The notes beneath the pieces are model-generated. The model was not told where the DNA came from. It made no database searches and saw nothing but the letters and a program-made list of their open reading frames with translations. Of a stretch of 64,000 nt of DNA, positions 31,374 to 42,104 are shown piece after piece. The DNA comes from Methanothermococcus sp. Ax23. Lineage in GTDB: Archaea > AGJL01 > Methanococci > Methanococcales > Methanococcaceae. The position numbers and the translations under genes were made by a program. Position 1 is the stretch's first letter. Each line of letters opens with the position of its first letter. The stretch is taken from the NCBI RefSeq assembly GCF_049075655.1, contig NZ_CP157522.1, forward strand, positions 1,568,001-1,632,000. Direction: 5' to 3'.

Positions 31374-31419
31374 GTGAAGTAGCTCAGCAATATACTACAA
31401 ACCATTCATAAATCTTATT

Positions 31420-32223
31420 TTATTTTTTATGGGTCAATTTATAAATTAAATTACTTAATTCCACTATTTTTTTAATATTTAATTTAAAAACCCTCTCGTT
31501 TAAATCAAATTCTGATAAGTTATTCAATATATCTTTCAGCTCATCACGATTTAAACCAATTTCATGAGATGAGTTGATAAGTGCTTTTTTAGCAGTTTTG
31601 TTTTTATGTTGGAATAGAGCTCTCACTACCTTCTCAAAAAATTCTTCATCTTCTAAATGGAAAAGTTCATTAGGCTCTTTTTTGGTAATTCTTACAATTG
31701 CAGAATCTACTTTTGGTTTTGGTGAAAATGCAGATGGTGGAACTTTACATATAAATTCTACATTTGCGTTATATTGCACAGATACGCTTAATCTTCCATA
31801 TTCTTTTGTTCCTTCCTTTGCCACCATTCTTTTAGCAAATTCATATTGATACATCAAAACTGCAACCTCAAAATCAGTTTTTAGAAATTTAAATGTAATC
31901 GGGGATGATATTTGGTAAGGTAGATTTGCTACTATTTTGTTAAAATTTAATTCATTTAGATTAACTTTTAAAGCATCATTCCAAATTACATCAACATTTG
32001 GATGCTCGGCAATTACCTCTTCTGCAAAAGGCTCCAATCGCTTATCTAATTCGATAACATATACCTTTTTTGCATTTTTTGCCAATTCTTTTGTTAATAT
32101 CCCTTTACCAAGACCGATTTCTAAGACTATATCGTTTTTATTTACATTGGCAGCATCTACTGCTTTTTTTACAATATTTTTATCTTTTAAAAAACACTGT
32201 CCTAATTTCTTATTTTGTTTCAT
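31420..32223 (-). CDS. rsmA: 16S rRNA adenine dimethyltransferase (KsgA/RsmA)
   Basis: [41 protein letters not shown]; likely start ATG 32223. Confidence 0.95.
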   Translation of the reverse strand: MKQNKKLGQCFLKDKNIVKKAVDAANVNKNDIVLEIGLGKGILTKELAKNAKKVYVIELDKRLEPFAEEVIAEHPNVDVIWNDALKVNLNELNFNKIVANLPYQISSPITFKFLKTDFEVAVLMYQYEFAKRMVAKEGTKEYGRLSVSVQYNANVEFICKVPPSAFSPKPKVDSAIVRITKKEPNELFHLEDEEFFEKVVRALFQHKNKTAKKALINSSHEIGLNRDELKDILNNLSEFDLNERVFKLNIKKIVELSNLIYKLTHKK

Positions 32224-32339
32224 AATCCCACATCTAGGTTCCAAAACGAGCGATAGCGAGTTTTGGACTTTGGATAGCAACCTTTTTTAAAGGTTGCTTA
32301 TAAAAACACTGTCCTAATTTCTTATTTTGTTTCATAATC
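32190..32339. repeat. 38-bp direct duplication of the rsmA start flanking a hairpin insert
   Basis: AAAAACACTGTCCTAATTTCTTATTTTGTTTCATAATC at 32190-32227 and 32302-32339; spacer holds TCCAAAAC..GTTTTGGA and AGCAACCTTT..AAAGGTTGCT hairpins. Confidence 0.88.
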
Positions 32340-32421
32340 TCACTAAAAAAATAAAAATTATAATATTAAAAATTAAAATTAAAAATTATTTTAAAAAGAT
32401 AAAAATACAAGAGAGAGACAT

Positions 32422-34398
32422 CTATCTTAATAATTCAATAATCTTTTCTTCAATCATTTCCTTAGGTTTATTTGTTATATTGGCAAGTCCATCTGCGAAT
32501 ATAACGGCATATTTCAAAACATATTTCTTTTTCTGCTCTTCTTCCTTTTCTTTTCTTATTCTTGATATATGTTTTTCAAGCCCTCTTGCACATATCATCA
32601 ATGCCTGCCTTATTTCATTAAATATCTCTTCATTTTCCTCGCTACTGCATGCCACTGCCTGCTTTCCAGCTGATGTATATGGAATATGAGTAGATATTAA
32701 ATTTACAAACACCGTTAATGGAACATCTTCTTCGCTCCTAAGTCCATATCTTCTCCAATTTACGCTTTTAACGGCATTTGTTATGCCACATCCCGATGTA
32801 TCAAACAGTAATGGAACATGGTTTGCAAATCTCATTATCTCCATTTTTCTTGTATTATCCGATATTCTTCCTGCCTCTCCACCGTATGCCAGCCCTACCT
32901 CAACTGCGAATGGAATTCCTCCCTTATAGGTTTTTGGTCTCCTTGTAAGTGTCATTACAAATTCAGGATTAAGTGTTTTTAAAGATTCCTTTATATTTTC
33001 CTCGCCAATAGGTCTTAAACCAGCTGTGGATGGTGCCATGAAGTCCATATCTTGAATTACCCTAACAATCAACTCTGCATCATTCCAATCCATGTTTTTC
33101 GGATTCTTTTTTAGAAGATTCTTTATTTCATTTTTGAATCTTTCGAGCTCCTCATTTGATACCATTCCCATATCCACTAATGAATTTACAAATTCTTTTG
33201 GACTTTTGGTAATGTTTCTAAGTTTTCTCCTAAACTCATCCATTAACGAAGCATTTAAATAATTTTTCTCTGCAAATTCAATGAAATTTTCAGGTTTCTT
33301 TTTAAAGTGCTTTTTAATCTCTTTCAGCGTTTCTTCATCTAATTTGTCAAGTAAATAATCCATTATTAAATATTTTAAATAATACATTTTTAACTCGGAT
33401 AAACTATCAGGAAGGGTATTTATTATGTCCTTAACCTCTGAAATTTCCTTTTTATCCACATATTTAGAGAATTTTTCAATATAATCGTTAATTTTTACAT
33501 TTAAATAACAATCCACTACAATATCCCAAAATGTGCTGTCCCTGTAATTTTCAAGTAGTTTATCCCTTAAAATATACTCTTGGAGCTCCTTTATTCTCTT
33601 GGATGTCATCCTTGATAACTCACTTGTGAGCATGCTTGAAATTTTTATAGACTCAGTCCTTCTTGATATGTATAGGAGCTCATCTGGGGTCAAACCATAA
33701 GGATGGGGTTTCATTTCCTCAGGTCTTTCAGGAATATCTTCAACTGTCCTATCAAAAACTACGGTTTCCTCTGGGTCGATAAGGGTTATTTTAGCATGGG
33801 GTGTGGATAAGCTTATTCTTCTCAAATATTCAAAAGGTCCCTGCTCTCTTCTGTTGTATGTAACTTCTTTAAATTCTCCTTCAACTTTTGTCCCTCTCCA
33901 AAATCCTTCTCTTATTTCATGAGAAACAACATCTCCTTCGTTTTTTTCAATGCTCATCTTTATTTCCATTGTATGAATTTCCCCATCTCCTGTTGATGTG
34001 ATGATTTTCAAAGGTTTTCCTGTTGTCACTTGTGCAAATAAAAGGACTCCCGCAGCACCAATACCCTGCTGACCTCTGGATTGAACAAGTCTGTGCATCT
34101 TTGAACCTGCAAGCATCTTACCAAAAACCTTTGGAACAAACTCAGGGGGAATTCCTGGACCGTTATCCTCAACAACAACTTTATAATGGTCTGCCCCAAG
34201 TTTTTTAATTTCTATGTTAATATCTGGTAAAATTTCCGCTTCTTCACAGGCATCCAATGAGTTTGTTACGAGCTCGTGAATTATGGTAGTCATACTTCTT
34301 AACTTACCACTGTATCCAAGCATGTGTCTGTTTTTTCTAAAAAACTCGGAAATTGAATGCTCTTTAAATTCATCAAATATGACATCGCTTTCAGCCAT
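32422..34398 (-). CDS. top6B: DNA topoisomerase VI subunit B
   Basis: [29 protein letters not shown] (GHKL fold), [22 protein letters not shown]. Confidence 0.95.
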   Translation of the reverse strand: MAESDVIFDEFKEHSISEFFRKNRHMLGYSGKLRSMTTIIHELVTNSLDACEEAEILPDINIEIKKLGADHYKVVVEDNGPGIPPEFVPKVFGKMLAGSKMHRLVQSRGQQGIGAAGVLLFAQVTTGKPLKIITSTGDGEIHTMEIKMSIEKNEGDVVSHEIREGFWRGTKVEGEFKEVTYNRREQGPFEYLRRISLSTPHAKITLIDPEETVVFDRTVEDIPERPEEMKPHPYGLTPDELLYISRRTESIKISSMLTSELSRMTSKRIKELQEYILRDKLLENYRDSTFWDIVVDCYLNVKINDYIEKFSKYVDKKEISEVKDIINTLPDSLSELKMYYLKYLIMDYLLDKLDEETLKEIKKHFKKKPENFIEFAEKNYLNASLMDEFRRKLRNITKSPKEFVNSLVDMGMVSNEELERFKNEIKNLLKKNPKNMDWNDAELIVRVIQDMDFMAPSTAGLRPIGEENIKESLKTLNPEFVMTLTRRPKTYKGGIPFAVEVGLAYGGEAGRISDNTRKMEIMRFANHVPLLFDTSGCGITNAVKSVNWRRYGLRSEEDVPLTVFVNLISTHIPYTSAGKQAVACSSEENEEIFNEIRQALMICARGLEKHISRIRKEKEEEQKKKYVLKYAVIFADGLANITNKPKEMIEEKIIELLR

Positions 34399-35001
34399 TT
34401 TTTTCACCGATAATAATATGATTAAAATAATAAAAACGTATAATAATAAGAAATTTTTCAATATATATTAATATTCAACATATATTTATTCAACCTATAT
34501 TTAAATGATACTATAAAAATAGCAATTCTAAATATTCAAAATACATCCAATATTCATGTTATATAGATGGAATTAGCTTTTATAATTATATTATAATATC
34601 GTCAAATAATAAGTTGTCTAAATATTTATATAGATATTACTATTTTTCCCAATACTATTTTCTCAACGATTATTATTGGAAAAATGTGTATATAATATCA
34701 TTACCAAAAATGTTTATTTATTTTAAAATATATTAAAATTACTAATACTAATATTAAAAATTTGATTATAATATATTAATGTAGATAATATCATTATTAA
34801 ATTTATAATTGGGTTTATATACTATAACAGTAAATGTATTTGCGAATATTTATGAAAATTATTGAATGAATAATAATATTGTATATTTGGATATATTATT
34901 TTGATTTATTTAGACATTGCATTGGCAACTATTGTATGTTTATGTTAAAATTCGGTAATAGGTATTATAACTAATCCATACATAACAAGAGGCGATGATA
35001 T

Positions 35002-36288
35002 ATGGGGATGGAAGTAAATTCAATAATTGATGCGCTAAACACCCTAACTACTGCGGGGGATGTATTCTTCCTGTGTGTTATGGGGGCAATGGTATTTATT
35101 ATGCAATTGGGTTTTGCAATGTTGGAATGCGGTCAAGTTAGAAAGAAAAATGTCGTTAATGTTGTAATGAAAAACATGATTGATTGGTGCGTTGGTTGTA
35201 TTTCATGGCTATTTATTGGTGCTGTTTTATGCACTTCACTAAATCCAGGAGATTTCATAGATTGGTGGAGTGAGATATTCACAGCCACTCCATTTTTAGA
35301 AAATAACGGAATTGAGTTGGCAAATTGGTTTTATGGATTAGTTTTTGCTGCAACAGCAGCAACCATTGTCTCAGGAGGGGTTGCTGAAAGGATAAAATTT
35401 AAAGCATATATTCTAATTTCGATAATAATTACAGTGTTTCTATATCCATTCTTTGTTTATTTGGGTCCTTGGGGTGCAGGAGTTATAAATTGGCATGACT
35501 ACGCAGGAAGTTTAATTGTTCATGGTTTAGGTGGATTCTTAGCATTGGGGGCAATTTTAGCATTGGGGCCAAGAATTGGGAAATTTAAAGATGGAAAACC
35601 AGTTCCAATTCTAGGACATAATATCCCAACAGCAGTTTTTGGAGCGTTTATATTGGCATTTGGGTGGTATGGATTCAACGTAGGTAGTGCATTGGCATTA
35701 AAAGACATTTCAGGGTTAGTATGTGCAACAACAACATTAGCAATGGCCAGCGGAGGAATTGGAGCATTGATTACATCCAAAAAAGACCCACTATTTATGG
35801 CAAATGGTATGGTTGCGGGTTTAGTTGCAATTTGTTCGGGAACTGATATAGTAAGCCCAATTGGCGGGTTGATTATTGGATTGGTAGCAGGAGCTCAGGT
35901 TCCAATTGTATTTAAGTTTCTTGAAAATAAGAGATTGGATGATGTTTGTGGCGTTGTTCCCGTGCATGGAGTTGCAGGTGTCATTGGAGCAATTTTAGCG
36001 GGAATCTTTGGAATGCCAATATTTGGAGGACTTGGAGTAAATCCAAGTGATATTGTGAGTATTGTTGGAAGTCCAAACATTGATTTCTTACTATGGCAAA
36101 TTTTCGCATCCATATTTTGTATAATTTACGGAACAGTTCTTGGTTATGTGATTACAGTTGCAATTGGTTTAAAATGTGGTGGTCTAAGAGTTGGCAGAGA
36201 TGCGGAGCTCATGGGGCTTGATTTAGTGGAACATAAAATATCTACATATCCTGATGAAGATGAACATTTTGTGATAAAGGATAAATAA
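35002..36288 (+). CDS. amt: Ammonium transporter (Amt family)
   Basis: [55 protein letters not shown] and C-terminal GLRV...GLDLVEH. Confidence 0.95.
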   Translation: MGMEVNSIIDALNTLTTAGDVFFLCVMGAMVFIMQLGFAMLECGQVRKKNVVNVVMKNMIDWCVGCISWLFIGAVLCTSLNPGDFIDWWSEIFTATPFLENNGIELANWFYGLVFAATAATIVSGGVAERIKFKAYILISIIITVFLYPFFVYLGPWGAGVINWHDYAGSLIVHGLGGFLALGAILALGPRIGKFKDGKPVPILGHNIPTAVFGAFILAFGWYGFNVGSALALKDISGLVCATTTLAMASGGIGALITSKKDPLFMANGMVAGLVAICSGTDIVSPIGGLIIGLVAGAQVPIVFKFLENKRLDDVCGVVPVHGVAGVIGAILAGIFGMPIFGGLGVNPSDIVSIVGSPNIDFLLWQIFASIFCIIYGTVLGYVITVAIGLKCGGLRVGRDAELMGLDLVEHKISTYPDEDEHFVIKDK

Positions 36289-36289
36289 G

Positions 36290-37744
36290 GTGATTCTTGT
36301 GGAATATCTAAAAAAATATGGAATTGGCACAAAATCAATAATTGTGGTATTGTTATTTGCATCGGTTCTTTTAATCATTTGGATTATGGGAGCAAGTGCT
36401 GGAAACATAGGGAGTCAAGTTATAGGCGTTGTTGTTGGATTACTAATTGGTTTAAGCGTTTCTGTAATGATTACGCGAAAATATATGATATTAATAAACG
36501 ATTTGGTAAATGCCGTTGAAGAAGTATCAGCTGGGAATCTTAATGTTAGAGTGGAAGGCAGATATGATGGGGAACTCGGGGTCTTAGTTGATGGATTTAA
36601 CAAAATGGTAGCGAATCTTAAAGAACAAAAAAATGAAATAAGCCATGGACAAAAAATGACATGGGTTCTCATAAAGGATTTGAAGAGAGTGATGAGTAAA
36701 GTTGCAAATGGAGATTTAACTGTAAGAATGAATGAAAGTATGGTGCAGGATGGAGTTAAATTAAAAAGTGTAGATATTCAAAAACTTATCAACAGAACTT
36801 TGGACAATGTTTCACACATGATAAAAGAACTAAAAGAGGAAGTTATTAATTTAAACGAAGATATTAGTATAATTAAAGAGGAATTAAACCGAGCTAAGGA
36901 AGCATCCAGCCAAGTTGCAGACGCTACACAACAAGTAGTAGTAGCAGCAAACGACCAATCTGCCAAACTTCACGATATTTCACAGGAACTTGAAGGAGTA
37001 TCCTGCATTACTGAGGAGGTATTTAATGCGGCAATAGATGGTGTTGAGGCTACAAAGATTGTGGAAGAGAATTCAAAAGTTGGAGTTAAAAAAGTAGAAA
37101 ATGCAATTGAAACTATGAGGAGAATTTCAAAAGTGATTGATGAGTTAGGTAATGCAATTCAGGACCTTGGGGTAGAAAGTAAAAAAATCAATGAAATTAC
37201 AGCTCTTATCAAGGGTGTTGCAGAACAGACTGGACTCTTAGCATTAAACGCATCCATAGAAGCGGCAAGAGCCGGTGAAACGGGAAAAGGATTTGCAGTT
37301 GTTGCAAGTGAGATAAAAGACCTTGCAGAAGAAATAGGAAGGTCAATTGAAGATATAGATGAAACCATAGTGGAAATCCTAAATAAAATTGATAAGACCA
37401 CGAACTTGGGATTAATGGAAAAGGATGAAGTTGATAAAGGAGTTGTAGCAATAGATGAAGTTAATAACGCATTCTTAAAAATTAGAGATAGTGTGGATAC
37501 CGCCATGCGAAAAATAAACAATATAAAAGGAAATGCCCAGAAAGCAAGTGATAGCATCCAAAAGGCACTAAATGATGTTCAGGATGTTGTTTCAATATCA
37601 AAAGAGTTTGCTACAACTGCTGAGGAATTAACAGCAAATGTTAAAGAACAAGACGAAGTTATTGAAGAAATCAGTGGAGCCACAGAGAAAATGGTTAAAA
37701 TATCAAATAAACTTGCAGAATCTGCAAGTGAATTCAAAGTATAA
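36290..37744 (+). CDS. Methyl-accepting chemotaxis transducer: 2 TM, two HAMP-like domains, no extracellular sensor domain
   Basis: Signalling tip [38 protein letters not shown]; HAMP-like [24 protein letters not shown] and [10 protein letters not shown]; TM1-TM2 loop only about 10 aa. Confidence 0.92.
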   Translation: MILVEYLKKYGIGTKSIIVVLLFASVLLIIWIMGASAGNIGSQVIGVVVGLLIGLSVSVMITRKYMILINDLVNAVEEVSAGNLNVRVEGRYDGELGVLVDGFNKMVANLKEQKNEISHGQKMTWVLIKDLKRVMSKVANGDLTVRMNESMVQDGVKLKSVDIQKLINRTLDNVSHMIKELKEEVINLNEDISIIKEELNRAKEASSQVADATQQVVVAANDQSAKLHDISQELEGVSCITEEVFNAAIDGVEATKIVEENSKVGVKKVENAIETMRRISKVIDELGNAIQDLGVESKKINEITALIKGVAEQTGLLALNASIEAARAGETGKGFAVVASEIKDLAEEIGRSIEDIDETIVEILNKIDKTTNLGLMEKDEVDKGVVAIDEVNNAFLKIRDSVDTAMRKINNIKGNAQKASDSIQKALNDVQDVVSISKEFATTAEELTANVKEQDEVIEEISGATEKMVKISNKLAESASEFKV

Positions 37745-37761
37745 TATATAATTATTGTTTT

Positions 37762-38080
37762 CTGACCTACTCCCACGACTGAAGTCGTGGGGTTCTTTTA
37801 GTAGGGTTTAACCCTACACGGGTGGCCAAGCCCACTACCCCTACCCTTTAAAGGGTTCAGGGCTACCTTATGCACTTCCAACCACTACCAGCGGTAGAGT
37901 TTTTACTAACCCTACCCATAGATACTTGGACTGGTAGCATTATTCACTATGAAACTTCAAATATTTATGTTTTACTACTGACTAATTATAATGTCCGCCT
38001 CTCATCCAATTTCGTAAGAGATTTTACAAAACATAGTTTTGTATAACGACTGAAGTCGTTGGCTTTCCCGGCGGTTTATC
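37762..38080 (-). mobile_element. Non-autonomous IS200/IS605-derived cassette, family 2 (TTAC target)
   Basis: Minus strand: TTAC (38084-38081), interrupted left hairpin CCAACGAC-TTCA-GTCGT[insert]TGG, right end CCCACGAC-TTCA-GTCGTGGG-AGTAGGTCAG; GC-rich structured interior; no long ORF. Confidence 0.8.
38009..38045. repeat. 37-bp double-hairpin insert in the left-end hairpin
   Basis: ATTTCGTAAGAGATTTTACAAAACATAGTTTTGTATA, two mismatches to 31302-31338. Confidence 0.85.
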
Positions 38081-38261
38081 GTAAAATTAATATTTATTCA
38101 TACTTTTTTAATACTTCAAACTTTGGCGCTGTCTGCATATATAATATATATGATGTGGAGCTCCTAAAAAATTTTAACTTAAATTTTATCCATATAAAAA
38201 AAGAAATGTAATGTGAAACATGATATAATAAAAAAGGCAAAACAAAAAAGGAAAAATTATA

Positions 38262-38846
38262 TTATTTTCCTAATTTTTTATGAGCTCTTATACTTGGTCT
38301 TACTTTTTCAGCACCTTTACCTTTGTTTCTTAATCCTCTTCCTTTCTTACCTGCTGATGTTAAGCCTCTAAATGCTCTACCTTTGTGTGTTCCTGAGCAT
38401 AACCAGTTGTATTTAGGGTCGTTTTTAATTGATGGATGGTTAGGGTCAACCAATATAACTTCATACCATTTTCTTTTTCCGTCTTCCCCTACCCAGTAGG
38501 AGTTTAAAACTTCCATGTTTGGGTATCTTTTTGAAGCTCTTTCTTCAGCTATTCTCTGAATTGATTTAGCCATTGTAATTTTTTTGATACCCATTGTAGC
38601 AGGTTTCTTGGAGTGTTTTGGTCTAGGTTTTCTTAAACCTCCTCTTCTTACTTTAACTCTAACTACGATGATTCCTTGTTTTGCCTTGTATCCTAAGTTT
38701 CTTGCTCTGTCTATTCTTGTTGGTTTTTCAATTCTTACAACAGCAGGTTCATTTCTCCATTCCTGCATTCTTGACCATAATAATTCTTTTACATATGTTT
38801 CCTTTGGAGTTTTCCAAGCATCTCTAACGTATTTATACATACTCAT
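38262..38846 (-). CDS. rpl15e: 50S ribosomal protein L15e
   Basis: [40 protein letters not shown]. Confidence 0.97.
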   Translation of the reverse strand: MSMYKYVRDAWKTPKETYVKELLWSRMQEWRNEPAVVRIEKPTRIDRARNLGYKAKQGIIVVRVKVRRGGLRKPRPKHSKKPATMGIKKITMAKSIQRIAEERASKRYPNMEVLNSYWVGEDGKRKWYEVILVDPNHPSIKNDPKYNWLCSGTHKGRAFRGLTSAGKKGRGLRNKGKGAEKVRPSIRAHKKLGK

Positions 38847-38897
38847 ATTATCTCCTTCTTTCGCTTTTATTCTTAGCTTTTTAGTTTTTTATATTTA

Positions 38898-38980
38898 CAC
38901 GAGTCGCTGACTATCGCTGTTTATGGGTTCGGCTTTTTAGCCACATGCCCTACGGGTTTAATAGCACCCGTTACTGACTA
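38898..38980 (-). ncRNA. Putative structured ribosomal leader upstream of rpl15e
   Basis: GC-rich island; minus strand ACGGGT..ACCCGT and GGCT-AAAA-AGCC hairpins about 50-135 nt upstream of the start. Confidence 0.5.
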
Positions 38981-39127
38981 TCAATATTTGCCTTTTATGG
39001 TGTGTGATAAGTAGTATATTAATCTAACGGTAGGTATATATATAAGTCATGGAATATATAACTAATAATTAAATTTATAGCATTAATAATATTAATAGTA
39101 TCAATAGCATTATTTTGGTGAGAATAT

Positions 39128-39550
39128 ATGGATAATGAAAATTATTATGATTATGACACACTTTTAAAGAGAGCAGTTAGTCAGCTTCCAGAAGAAGTAT
39201 TTAAAGATGTGAGATTCGAAGTTCCACATGCAGAAAGTTTTGTTGAAGGAAACAGGACAATGGTTAAAAACTTTAGAGATATTGCAAAAGTAATAAACAG
39301 AGATGTGCAATTCTTTGCAAAGTATGTAATGAAAGAATTGGGGACAGCAGGAGATGTTGAAGGTCAGAGATTAATACTCCAAGGTAAATTCGGAAACTAT
39401 ATGATAAACTCAAAGATTAAAAACTTTGTGGAAGAATATGTTTTATGCCCAGAATGTGGAAAACCAGATACTAAAATCGTTAAAGAAGGTAGAATTCACT
39501 TCCTTAAATGCATGGCATGTGGTGCTATGAAACCTATTAAATTGATTTAA
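39128..39550 (+). CDS. eif2b: Translation initiation factor 2 beta subunit (aIF2-beta)
   Basis: RFEVP, KELGTAG, YVLCPECGKPDT...CMACGA zinc ribbon. Confidence 0.94.
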   Translation: MDNENYYDYDTLLKRAVSQLPEEVFKDVRFEVPHAESFVEGNRTMVKNFRDIAKVINRDVQFFAKYVMKELGTAGDVEGQRLILQGKFGNYMINSKIKNFVEEYVLCPECGKPDTKIVKEGRIHFLKCMACGAMKPIKLI

Positions 39551-39739
39551 ATAACATAATAATAACATATATGCCTGTTTTTTTAATTTTAAATCTATTT
39601 TAATTTATTTTTGATTTTATCTTTGTTTATTTTATTATAATTATTAGGTAATTTACATCATATATTATTATATCGCCTAAAAGAAAAGAAAAAGAGAGAA
39701 GAAAGAGAAGAAGAGAATAAAATAAAAGAGAGTGGAAAT

Positions 39740-40831
39740 ATGAAAGGATTTTGTTATAGATGCGGTCATGAAGGTGAATTACTGGATGGATTGTGTAAAA
39801 TGTGCTATGCTCAGCTCCATCCATTATTCAATATTCCAGATGAAATAAAGGTTGAAGTATGCCACATGTGCGGCTCCTACAAAAGAAGAACTTGGCAAGA
39901 CCCCAAAGGCAGGGGTTTGTATGAAATACTTGACGAAATAGCATATTATGCTACAAAGGATAACTTAAAAACTGCTCACAAAAATATAGGTATTGAAATA
40001 ATACCTCAGGAGCCAAGGCAGCTCCCAGGAGGTAAAAAATCTAGGGTGGAAATCCCTGTGAAAATAATAGGCACTGGAAAACTCTCAGGAGAAGATGAAG
40101 AAAGAACAGAGGAAAAAGACATAGTGGTATATTTAATAATGGTTCAGTGTCCAAGATGTTCAAGATATATGTCTAATTACTATGAAGCCATATTGCAGGT
40201 TAGAGCTATGAATAGGTTTTTGACAGAGGAGGAAAGAAAAGAGCTCGACGACTTTGTAAGAAATGAAACTGACAAACGATTAAGAAAAGATAGAATGGCA
40301 TTTATATCTAAATTTATACCTCAGAAAGAAGGGCTGGACTATCAGATAGGTTCCATGGGCGGTGCAAGAAATGTAGCTTCCGCAATAAAATCTAAATATG
40401 GTGGAAAAATAAATGAAACTGCAAAATTGGTTGGTGTTGAAAAAGATACTGGAAAGAATCAATACAGAATAACCATTGTTGTTAGAATTCCAGAATATAA
40501 AGTAGGAGATATTGTAGAATACAACAATAAACCACATAAAGTAGTTTCAATGAATGAAAATAAGTTATATTTAGAAAAACTATCAGATAAGCGAGAAAAA
40601 ATATCGTTGCAGTGGAGTGATGCTGAGAAAAATACAAAATTATTAAAAAAAGGCGATGAATGCCCTACTGCCACAGTAATTTCTGTATCACCAAATACAA
40701 TAATTGCAATGGATAACGAAAACTATGAAGTATATGAATACGACAATATATTTAAAGATATAAAAGAAGGAAATATATTAAAGATATTTAAGAATGAAAA
40801 TATAAACTATATTGTGGAAACTATAAAATAA
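39740..40831 (+). CDS. NMD3-family ribosome biogenesis protein
   Basis: FCYRCG..LCKMC, VCHMCG, QCPRCSR...YYEAILQVR. Confidence 0.9.
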   Translation: MKGFCYRCGHEGELLDGLCKMCYAQLHPLFNIPDEIKVEVCHMCGSYKRRTWQDPKGRGLYEILDEIAYYATKDNLKTAHKNIGIEIIPQEPRQLPGGKKSRVEIPVKIIGTGKLSGEDEERTEEKDIVVYLIMVQCPRCSRYMSNYYEAILQVRAMNRFLTEEERKELDDFVRNETDKRLRKDRMAFISKFIPQKEGLDYQIGSMGGARNVASAIKSKYGGKINETAKLVGVEKDTGKNQYRITIVVRIPEYKVGDIVEYNNKPHKVVSMNENKLYLEKLSDKREKISLQWSDAEKNTKLLKKGDECPTATVISVSPNTIIAMDNENYEVYEYDNIFKDIKEGNILKIFKNENINYIVETIK

Positions 40832-40905
40832 TCCTTGCATAATTTTATCAATATATTTATAATATAACTTGATTATTACCACATAATCAATAATACGGTG
40901 AAAAT

Positions 40906-41730
40906 ATGGCAACTAAAAATATTGAAATAGAAGAGTTAAAACAAATAGCTAAGAAAGTAAGATACAATGTTGTAAAGATGATAGGATTGGCTGAATCGGG
41001 ACATCCTGGCGGTTCATTATCTGCAACAGATATTATTGTGGCGTTGTATTATAAATTAATGAATCACGACCCAAAAAATCCAAATAAAGAAGATAGAGAT
41101 AGATTTGTTTTAAGTAAAGGGCATTGCTGTCCTGCATTATATGCAGTTCTTGCAGAGCTCGGATACTTTGATGAGGATGAGCTCTGGAAATTAAGAAAAA
41201 CCGGAGCTCTATTACAGGGACATCCATCAATAAAAACCCCTGGGATAGAAGCAAATACTGGTTCATTAGGTCATGGTTTTTCAGTAGCTGTTGGAATGGC
41301 ATTAGGTTGCAGATTGGATAAATTGGATAATCATGTTTATGTTCTTTTAGGAGATGGAGAATGTCAGGAAGGTCAGGTTTGGGAAGCTGCAATGGCGGCA
41401 TCCCACTATAAATTGGATAATTTAATAGGATTTGTAGATAGAAACAGACTTCAAATAGACGGTTGCACAGAAGATGTTATGTGTTTAGGAGATTTAAAGG
41501 AAAAATTCAAAGCATTTGGTTGGGATGTATTTGAAATAGATGGACATAATTTTGAACAAATCATAGAGACTGTTGAAAAAGCAAAATCCATGAAAAACGG
41601 TAAGCCTAAAATGATTATAGCAAATACTGTTAAAGGTAAAGGAGTATCATTTATGGAAAATAACGTTGGATTCCATGGCAAAGCTCCAAATAAAGAGGAG
41701 TTAGAGCAGGCATTGAAAGAACTTTCATAA
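40906..41730 (+). CDS. Transketolase N-terminal (TPP-binding) subunit
   Basis: [38 protein letters not shown]. Confidence 0.94.
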   Translation: MATKNIEIEELKQIAKKVRYNVVKMIGLAESGHPGGSLSATDIIVALYYKLMNHDPKNPNKEDRDRFVLSKGHCCPALYAVLAELGYFDEDELWKLRKTGALLQGHPSIKTPGIEANTGSLGHGFSVAVGMALGCRLDKLDNHVYVLLGDGECQEGQVWEAAMAASHYKLDNLIGFVDRNRLQIDGCTEDVMCLGDLKEKFKAFGWDVFEIDGHNFEQIIETVEKAKSMKNGKPKMIIANTVKGKGVSFMENNVGFHGKAPNKEELEQALKELS

Positions 41731-41903
41731 TTTATATTTATAAAGAGTTATCAATCCACTTAGTATATCCATTCTACCAACTGATGCACTATGTAAGTAA
41801 TAAAGGGATTTATATGAGGTGAGCTCCGAAGGTTCTCCATATTATGACTTCCTTTGTTATGACTGTTATTATACAAGTGATAAAGTTAGTAGATTGGCTA
41901 TAA

Positions 41904-42104
41904 TTTACGAAATAAAAAAGCGCGTGAAAATATGCCTAAAATCAAAGATTTTATATATTCACTATCTAAAATTCCCTATGGGAATTTTACGAAATAAAAA
42001 ACTCGAAGAGTTTTTAATTTAAAAAAAGAAAAACCGTGAAAATATACCTAAAATCAAAGATTTTATATATTTTCACTATAAAAAAAGAAAATCGTGAAAA
42101 TATG
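41904..42104. repeat. Triplicated rpe start region interleaved with hairpin modules
   Basis: CGTGAAAATAT at 41923, 42035 and 42093; the first two are followed by CCTAAAATCAAAGATTTTATATATT; also AAATTCCC-TAT-GGGAATTT and AAAAACTC-GAA-GAGTTTTT. Confidence 0.85.

Larger units (their letters stand above)
30570..31411 (+). pseudogene. Stand-alone ATP-cone gene interrupted by two different mobile cassettes
   Basis: Removing 30586-30894 and 31093-31373 restores MDEVLANVYITKENGEKEKFDFEIVKESLRNAG...RRINSEVAQQYTTNHS-stop, with a GGTGA RBS before ATG 30570. Confidence 0.8.

Noticed and set aside
32224-32280. N-terminal extension of RsmA in the ORF track (likewise 42036..42101 for Rpe)
   Set aside because: Both extensions read through hairpin or duplication inserts; family similarity starts at ATG 32223 and ATG 42102.
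33100-33560. Intein in Top6B (and in the charged LonB insert near 29520-29750)
   Set aside because: No Cys/Ser...His-Asn splice junctions or LAGLIDADG motifs were seen; they look like helical or charged lineage-specific insertions.
34399-35001. Hidden gene or ncRNA in the long region upstream of amt
   Set aside because: It is extremely AT-rich with no credible ORF or GC-rich stem, and is best read as divergent promoter DNA.
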